Part shown: positions 54,620 through 64,000 of the stretch, in pieces
Layout: each line of letters opens with the position of its first letter
How positions within the stretch are numbered: the first letter of the stretch is position 1
Assembly (NCBI RefSeq): GCF_000150275.1
Contig: NW_002060945.1
Span: 9,254,011-9,318,010, forward strand
Reading direction: 5' to 3'
Origin: Trichoplax adhaerens
Lineage: Eukaryota > Animalia > Placozoa
DNA: 64,000 bases
The notes under the pieces: model-generated
Databases searched by the model: none
What the model saw: only the letters and a program-made list of their open reading frames with translations
What the model was told of the DNA's origin: nothing
Program-made: the position numbers and the translations under genes

Positions 54620-56830
54620 GACCTTAATATTTACAGTATTCAATACTGTAGTAATATCAGTAAAGCTAGCTAGCTATGGGTGTAGACATTGCAGAATACG
54701 ATATAACGTATTATTTTTTTTAAAATGGTATCCAATTTAGGCAAGACCCCGCAGCTCATAGTAGCTCTGTAATAAGGGAACCAGTATTAAACTAAGTGTG
54801 TACTACAATGTTGAACTTTTAAGCTGATAATAGCTAAAGCGATCAGATAAAAAATATGTGTATGAAAAATGTTCTATCCTCTCTTTATGAAACTATATTA
54901 CTTAGTAAGGAATTATGTCACGTTAAAAAGAAGAATAAATTGATTAAAGGCAAATTTTAAAATTAATCAGTCGACCGTTTGATATAGTATCTACTGTACG
55001 TTAATGAATCAGGCTTTGAATTGATCTTATCATATTTGCCCGTTACTGCACAGTAAATCGCTAGTAACTAAACAGTAGTTCGAAAATTACTGTAATAATA
55101 TTATACCGCACATTTGCATCATCAGGTTTTGAGAGTTGATATACTACAACAACCGATTAAGGACAATACCATGGATTTGGGTTGAACAAATTTGAATTTT
55201 TGCTGCATAAATATCGCTGAAAAAAGTATTTTTTGATTCACCATTGATTGCTTGATCGAGTCTCATCTAATTAAAATAGATTGACTTGCAAATGACACAC
55301 CGAAAAGGATAAACTGTATTATCCGATAGTAATTCCTAAATAAAGTAAAAAGTATAAATATAGTCGTTTACAGTCACGTGAAGTATGTACTAGCGACAAA
55401 TCGACTAGTTCTTCATAAAAGACAGGTTGCTACATCAACTAGACTGTATTCATTGTAGCAATTGCTATAGTATAACAAATCCTTTTGGTACACCGGGTAT
55501 ACAGGTTAAAAGGCATTTATTGCCAATTTATTTATTGAACCATTAGTAGACCAATGGTTAAGTGACCCAATAAACTGTTTCAGCGTCATTTTTGGTACGC
55601 AAATTGATCTTGAACGGTGTGTCAGTGACTACTAAACCCTGACTATACCCAAAATGATACTCAAACTTTCATCTTAGAAAAAATAGGTAGGGAGGGAGTT
55701 TGAGAGGGACTGGTGGATGAGTTTAGCCTCATTTTGGCTAGGAAATTTGACATCTACATTCTACAGTGCTGTAGTATTATTGTACTGCAGTAGTTGCTCT
55801 TCGACTTATGGTTGCCGTATTAATTTGAATAACATTGATGATTTAAAGTTACTGCTTCCAAGCAGAGATTAGTAATAGGCAATGGAATACAATATATTAT
55901 TACTTAATTTAGAAAAAATGGGTCAATTCAGAATCGACTGCCTGCATACTAAAGTACTGCATCAAGAAGTGTTGAACACAATTTGTCGACGAAATGAGGC
56001 CAAATATCTGTCCGTCGAAAGGAGTGTCCAGCCTAGGTATTCTTCTAGTGGTCCATGACCGTGTGTTGCATACTAAAGAGTCTTTCTAAACTATCGGATT
56101 CTAGAGTGGGACTGGATTTTTTCGTATTTCCGAGTACAGTACTGCGCAGAACACTGCTGTAGTGTATATTAGTGAATTAAAATTATTATACTGATAATGC
56201 GATGGGATGGAGCGGGATGAGACAAAATTGATCAAATGTTGCAGACTTCTGCTGTACAGTATAAAATCGACATTTTCAAGTCTTCCTCAATGCATTACTA
56301 TCGATATGTAAAATACATGTCGTGAGTTAAGGTATCAGATACACAACAGTATATAGACATTCTATGTTGGTGGATGACATCTCTTTTTACACAATTGTGC
56401 AAGATCAAGCCTGCTGGTAGCCAGTGGGACCATACTGCCAAACTTGTCTGCTGTACAGTGTACAGTGTACAGTAAAGACCCTTCTAGAGTACAATGTACT
56501 GTACCCGATCAGGCAATAGTGATCCAGTAGCGTACGACCGTACAGTACTTGAACCGAGTGCAGTACGTGTACACTAGCGGTCAACTGTCAACGGTCAGCA
56601 GACTACGTAGGTACGACTGTAAATTAGCGTGAATCTAGTAGTGGATGACACGCACGCACAGTCAGTCATTAGAGGTGAATTGCTGTTCCTGTGGAACATT
56701 GATCCCAGCACGACAAGAAAGCCACAGTGAAATTTTTCTCACCAGTTCGTCCATTGCCCTCTTCAATTTGGACAATTAGTTGAATGATTTTACAAGTTTG
56801 CACAAGGTGAAGAGGAAATTAAGCAATCAG

Positions 56831-59800
56831 ATGGAGGATATTTTAGCGGATAGCGACGCTATGGTACATCGTAATCGACCTGGAACAAAATCGAAGGTAA
56901 GCGAGATATTTCAGTGTACTGTACTGGACTGGTTTTCCTTGTCAACATGATCCCCAAAGACGATGGGCTAGGAGCGAGGATATTTTACATACAAAGATGA
57001 AATTTGACTTTCAGTCTACAGTATTCACTTTTATACAACAACAGCTTAAAGATGGAGGTTTTCTGTCCTTTGTAATTTATTATCCATGTATTGCACCAGT
57101 GAAATGGATACTTTCTGATATGATAATAATTATTGAATTGAAGAAAAAGTTGGAGCTACGGTATACTGGACATTCTCCTACTTTCCACCTACTACAGTAC
57201 GAGTATCATATTGTACCATTGGCATAGACTTGCTGGATCGACGCGCGTATATCATGTTATTTGGTAGAAGCAAACTTGAGTTGAGTTTACAATACTGTAC
57301 AATTATTTCAACGCTTGTTGGATTGCATCAAGAATCAGCTTTTATGTCCAAGTTACATGCTATTTCTCCATACAACTGCTACATGGACTATCCCATGAAA
57401 TAATTGATTGCTTGACAGGAAAATTACTCCTGACTTATATCGAACTGATAGTACTTTGCTTGCCTTTCAAATGCCATACAAGAGATCTCAGATCAAGTTG
57501 ATCCGATATCTCATAGATAGTCTGCAAAAAAATTCATTCATTGTTTCGTTGTTTGTATGGAGAGATGATTAGGAATGATATGTAGCAAAAAGTCAAAAAA
57601 CGCATCAACTCTTTCCTTATTTGTGCCGAGAGACGATTAGAAATGATACGTAGCAAAAAGTCAATTTACTTGATCATAGGAAGGTTGCAAGGCCTGTTAT
57701 TTCCAATTGGTGAAACTGTACGTGATGTTTGATTTCATTGCCCCTATCTCTCGTCACTTTAGCTGTGCATTTAAAATTTTAACGCTAATGACAACGTCAG
57801 CGATTCATGTTGATACACTGTAGTTACTACAGTGTAGTATCGTCATCCCTCCAAGAAGATTCGTCAATGACAAAAGCAATTCGTTGAGGATACGTATACT
57901 GCCACAATCGCAAATAGCAATACGCCAGAGTCGTATTTTGTGATCATATTGATTTTGCACCATAGCTGAACGTAGGAATACAAACTTGACAGCTTTAATC
58001 GTGCCTGGAATTCATCTTGACTATACTCATTTTGATGACTGAGATAGATTATAATGTCAATACCTTAGAATACTTGTAATCTACAGTGCTAGTTTAATAA
58101 AGCGATGAAAGGATCCTCCCAACGCAATATTATTACATACTGGATTGACAAATATTTCCAATTGAAAATATTAGTACAGTACATGATCCTATTAACCACG
58201 CTACTGTTTTATGTATTATCGATACCAAAGCTGTTATTGTATATTTATTACTCTAGGCTATGAACCGGTGGCCTGATATCGAATTTGATGACATGGATTC
58301 TATACTTTGTGTACAACAGGTATTGACTGCCATATAGTACTTACTCGTACATGCTTATTACGTAGTTTTTAATATGGAATAGGTCATGGACTCTTGTCCA
58401 TGCCTATCACTTGATGATACATAATACACAATTCGTATATTAAAATGAATTATTCCTCCATTATTTGACAATTACAACAAAACATATTTCGACGGTTCGT
58501 TCAACCACAATAATAACTTGATTACAATTTTAGAACGACTGTACTATATAAGCGATACGAGAAGACCTAATTTTGAAATATTTTAGCAGTTGACTTGTAG
58601 ATGTAAAACCTTAACAGCATGTCAATAAAACAGTACTTCAATTATAGACTTTTAACTGAACAAACTTGTGAACTTATTAACGTAAATTTTTGTGCTACAT
58701 GCCAGTGCTGTTCTAAATATCAACTTATCAGTATGGGGACAATTAATCTATTACAGCGATTTATTACTGCATTGAGTAGCTAATTTTAATGTTGAAAAAT
58801 GTATACTTACTGTATACACTATTTGAAAAAGCTAAGTACAATCTCTATTTCATTGTTAGATAATTCAGCAACGAATTAAGGATGATGCGTCGAATATACA
58901 AGTAATAATTAATCCTCCTCCATCTCAAGACGAAGATGTTTGGAAATACGAACATATCAGGTAACCTTATATAACTGCTGTCAATGGCTAAATGAGATAG
59001 CATCTTGGTATTAGAAAAATAAAAACTTTATTATTCCTAGGCAATTTTGTCAAGAACTGAATGGATTAGCGGTCCTGTTACAGGTTATAATCTTCATGCT
59101 ATTTATTTATGATATTATGATCTAAGTATCATTTTCTATGGACTGTTATTGCCAAACTAATGGACATTGGATGCAACGAATTTTTTTGGCAATATTATTT
59201 ATTAAATCATTATATAACTAATATCAATGTTTTTTGGAAATTAGGCTGAATGCAACCCAACCAGTTGCCCGCAGATGATGGCAACAGAACAGTGGATTTA
59301 CTTATGTGCTGCCCATAAAATACCAAAAGAGGTAAATGATGAACAATTTATGTAGAAAGTATCGATCCATTGGTGTAATCATTACGCTGGTGCAATGGAT
59401 GATTAGCAATGTCTTTTTAAGACTTTCATCATTTTACTCTTACAGTGTCCAGCAATCGACTACACAAGACATACTTTAGATGGCGCTGCTGTATTATTAA
59501 ATAGCAATAAATACTTCTCTAGTCGGTAAGGACTATGATTTGCGAATAAAAAAAAATGAATAGTAATCTAAGTGACCTAACATGTGAAATTCAAATTGTT
59601 ACTATAGGGTGACAATAAAAGATACATCCGTAGCAAAGTTGGCTTCAGTGTGTCGTAGGCTATACAGAATCTTTTCTCATGCCTTTTATCATCATCGGGC
59701 TCAATTTGATATCTTCGAGGTTTGTTATAGCTTCAACTTAGATACGATTATGAAATATGCTTTATCTGTGTCATTACTGCATATCTTATCTTTCCTTCAG

Positions 59801-59926
59801 ACTGAGACCTTTCTTTGTGAGCGGTTTACTGCTTTTGCAAAAAAGTACGAGCTAATGACCGGAGAAAGTTTAATTGTAACCCTAAATCATGATAGTAACG
59901 CAGATAGCGAAGGTATGGAATCATGA
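56831..59926 (+). CDS. MOB4: MOB kinase activator 4 / phocein (STRIPAK subunit)
   Basis: RNRPGTK; [10 protein letters not shown]; [21 protein letters not shown]; [34 protein letters not shown]; [19 protein letters not shown]. All introns GT-AG. Confidence 0.95.
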
Positions 59927-62900
59927 CCATGATAAGAGAAGCATTGCATATATGCTTTTATTTGATTAGAAATGTTTTTAATAGCCGATTTTAGGGCAGA
60001 TACATCAATTCTGTGAAAGATTAATGGAAGGCTACTTAAGACGAACAGAACATACGATTTTCTTGCATTTTAGTAATTAATAGCGATACTATAACTTCAT
60101 TAATTCAACTAATTTTGTCTAATATGTTTATTTGAACTGACTTTATACTGTAAGTTATTTCGCTATATGTTAAATTTCAGTGAATGTTAATGTGCATATA
60201 AACGTTCATTTTATCTGTCTATGAATATAAATTTTTCGAAGGTATCGTGAATAACAGACAGCAATTTATAGGCATAATTATATTATGTAACTAGCCTGCA
60301 ACTGACCAACAAATTATGATAATCACACAACTACCCTGTAAATATACCTTTTATCTTTAATAGCCTCATAACATTGCACAATATATTAACACTACTGCTT
60401 ATAGCTTAGAGCGTGGTAGAGTTTTCATGTATATATATACCTATAGGATTCCATAGTATTTTGAATATATAATCATTCTTATATTGGAGATTCTAAATAT
60501 TTTAATTCTATCATTGCACTGCAATAGCAATAATCGCTTGAAGGTTGATATTAGGATTATGTAACGGACAGTTTGTCAAATCTTCTCGAATATTGCAATC
60601 ATTTTTGCTTATAACAAAACATAAGTGGCATTAATTACTTTTTCGTTTTTTACATGCCTAAATTAGCACCTACCTCTATAATAAATTATAATTGTGAAAT
60701 TTATGATTGTAACGTTGTTATAAGAGTAGAATTCTTATAAAAAAAACTGAAGTTTAAAAATTATCGATTCTACTATTAATACTGCCCGATATCCTACAAA
60801 TTCTTTAGGTGTAAATTATTACTCAAGGGACAGATGTTATGGACCGCGCGAAGTCAATCAATATCTACCGTTACCACCATACTCGTTTCATTGCAAACCA
60901 TTATAACGTGTACAGTACCGTTGTTTGATCATTGTAGATTCGTTAAAGTTCGAAAAATGATCTGGTCTGTCGTACGGTTGTAAAGTACAGTAGCCGAGGA
61001 ATTTGTTATGATAAGATATAAAAGTATGCACAGGGCGAAGGTCAATCTACGTTACTGTAGCGGACGATAATTTTCTTCGTAATGAATGAGTGCTATGGAA
61101 ATATACTGGCAAGAGGATTATAAGCTTGGTTTAAATATTTACTGACATCATGATCTATCATAAAATTTATAGATATTGATATTTTAATCGTATAGGATGC
61201 CAACGAGGGAGTACTCAGGAAGCAACATTTAAGTTATCTTTTGTTGTTAGCGCAGAAGCATTTTCTAAAGATATATTGCAATAGGTATTTGGCGACTCTT
61301 GTACAGAGAATAGGAATGTTAGTCAATTTACAAAAGGTTTAAAATGGCTTAGTTCTTAAAGTAGGGAACGTCCGATAGCAGCTATAGCACTTGCAATACT
61401 ATACGATTGTGCATGTCTGAATGATTGTTAGAAAGAATAAATAATTTCATTTGCCAAAGCTAATTACAAATATTATAGTATTTAATGATTGCACACTGAT
61501 CATCACTGTACAAAGGATTTTTCGTTGTATAAACTAATCTCGCGAGAATCTTACTGCCATTAGATCGATCTTGTATGATATTCTAGGATAGTCTTCATGT
61601 ACAGTAGACAAGAGCCTCACTGAATGTTATGTTCTTATTAATCAGTAAGAATATTTACAATAATTCTATGTTATAATTAGTTTCTACCACGTTTACAGAA
61701 TTATGAAGAGTACTTGCGTGATAAGGTATGGATACTTTTCCATATTCGTAATTGAGCATAAAAACTGAGTTTACCACAAGGATAGTTTCCATAGACGAGC
61801 ATGAAAATCATACGTACACTTCACAATAGCATAGACAAACCTAGTTACCGTATCAAATATGTGAAACTTATTGGATCGAACTAGACTAAACTTTCACATA
61901 ACTTGCATCATATGTAGTAGGATAGCACGTAAAATGTTCATGCAAAAATATCATACTGATATATTGTACGACTATATATACTAATCCTACATTAGGTAGA
62001 ATAATGTACCTGTAAATGAAATAGGCTATATCCGATTTATGCTTATAAAAGTAGCGTAATCACCTCGATAAGCACATCTAACCGTAATCCTGAAAATACA
62101 AACTATCGTTACTAAATATAAAATTTTGTACCCATATTTATTAAAATATCATATTTTCTTCAGAGACTATAGGAATATATCTTATCCTATCTTAAAATAG
62201 AAATAAATTGCGAGACAACAAATGAATTATTTCCTCTCGCTTAGTAAACGAGAACCATCTATAGATATCATACTATAAATTAAGTATATTTTTCGAAGTA
62301 TTTCTACTGTAGGTAGAGAGAAAGCTGAAATTCAAAACAAGAAATCGGTTTGAAATTTTAAAGCACTAATAAGTATAATTAGTGTACTAATAGCGTAACT
62401 AGATTATCAAGTTGACCAAGGTATAACGAATTGCTCATACATTGACATAATCTGTTAATATCAAAGAAAGGAAAATTATGACTCGTTATAAATATGGAGC
62501 GATATAACATTGCACCGCTACTATACTGTTAGAAATATTTACACATACAGAACGAAGACGTAAAATTTAGCGGAAATAGTCTAAGTCTGTAACTATACTA
62601 CTAAATAATATGCAGAATTAATATAACTACGTTATGGAATTAATATGATAAATTATTGCCGGATAACAAGAAAACAAGATTAATTGAATTATTACGTCAT
62701 AGATGTCACTTCTATATTACAAGTATTTATTTACATTATAAAATTGATAATAAAGATGAAGGAAGGTATTAAAGAAAGCAATTTGAGATCATTAAAGCAA
62801 ACAGCAGATCAGAAGCAGTGCAACTAAGTGATAGTACTAACATAATCTAATCTCGTAAAAGAATATGACGATTTATTGAATACGTCTTTTATGCCGCATG

Positions 62901-64000
62901 GACCGTCGTTATCTGCCGGTTTATTTACATGATATAACTGATAATAAGGGGATACATATAGGAAAGATAGGAAAATTTACGAAAATATTTTAGACTAAAG
63001 CATACCAGTAGAACTTCTCCGAAACTATGCAACTCAATTATAATAATATTGACCCGATCCAATCTTGTCTTTGACAAAGAAAACCGCGATTGATTGAATA
63101 CTATGTTATACACACCGGTATTTATGTAACTAGTCCTATTCTGATATAATGTATACCAGCTCAATAAATATAGTTGAATATATCCAATATTGAACGAATT
63201 CATTATACATACACTTAAAAAGATATAATAATAGCATATCTATGGTTTACAATACTATTTGAAAGGATGTGATCTTGTCGAAGTAATCCATATACAGTAA
63301 AGGGAAGATAGTGAGGCCAAGAAAAGTGGTTTTAGATGTAATTATATAACTCGCCAGAAATTACATAACTAGATTATTGGTATTGACATGATCTAAGCTT
63401 GTTCCATACCAGAAAGACACGATAATTGAATACTATAACACTTAACTTGATTAAAAAGTCTGTTGATTTTAATTGAGCTAAAATTTATCTCATTAACGGA
63501 TAATTATAAACTAAAAAATTTAGTAAATTATTCCCGATAATTATTAATTAGGCAATCATTTGAATTTCCCTTTTATCTGCGTTTTAATAAAAAACACAAA
63601 ATTTCCAAGTATAATATCATGACAGTATGAGATACGATAATTGTTTATTAACAGTAATTAACCCTTGGTAGATATTGCAATCTATTCGTTTATTCTATTT
63701 TCTTATTTATAATATACGAGATCAAGAGGAAAATTATAAAATTGAAAATTTATTATTGTGTCTGTTCATTGTCCATTAGTAAATAATACCAATTTTGAAT
63801 AACAATAACTATATTATCGGTAATATATTACAACTGCCAAGGATAAAACGTGACGATCATTTAAATAGAAATTATTAACTAGCTTAGAGTCCGAGGAGGA
63901 AGAAGTAAGGAAATTATGAAATAGACAAGAGCTTCATGTCTATATCGATCCAATAGAAGTAGCAGCAATATAAGGTTAGAGTGGATACGCTTAGAAAACG

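Noticed and set aside
57560-57665. Duplication of about 37 bp in MOB4 intron 1; similar short ones at about 36270/36400 and 42545/42668
   Set aside because: Real but ordinary local duplications with no further structure.
60800-63210. Possible small exons or the 92-aa minus-strand ORF after MOB4
   Set aside because: Isolated splice-like sites (about 63023-63005 and 62937) give no coherent, recognisable protein. A gene end entering from beyond the window cannot be excluded.

Overview
AT-rich, intron-dense eukaryotic DNA from an animal. The composition and short introns suggest a placozoan such as Trichoplax, but this is an inference. Exons were joined by hand from splice signals and reading phase, giving ten protein-coding genes: two head-to-head cytochrome b561 paralogs; LSM12; RacGAP1; a two-exon CARD + death-domain adaptor; an intronless, stand-alone Ty3/Gypsy Gag ORF with no pol or LTRs; an orphan 12-exon coiled-coil protein ending in a CaaX box; a myristoylated patatin/EF-hand phospholipase; a 68-aa ASDURF-like prefoldin missed by the ORF track; SUGCT; and MOB4. 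There are also several tandem duplications and a 42-bp inverted-repeat insertion with a 7-bp target-site duplication. The strongest leads are: (1) an apparently domesticated Gag gene with spliced 5' UTR signals, divergently paired with the CARD-DD adaptor; (2) ASDURF as a stand-alone gene with no ASNSD1 downstream; (3) a U12-type intron in LSM12 that appears to need GT-AC termini; (4) the coiled-coil CaaX gene, whose introns are all phase 1. No rRNA, tRNA or CRISPR array was seen.
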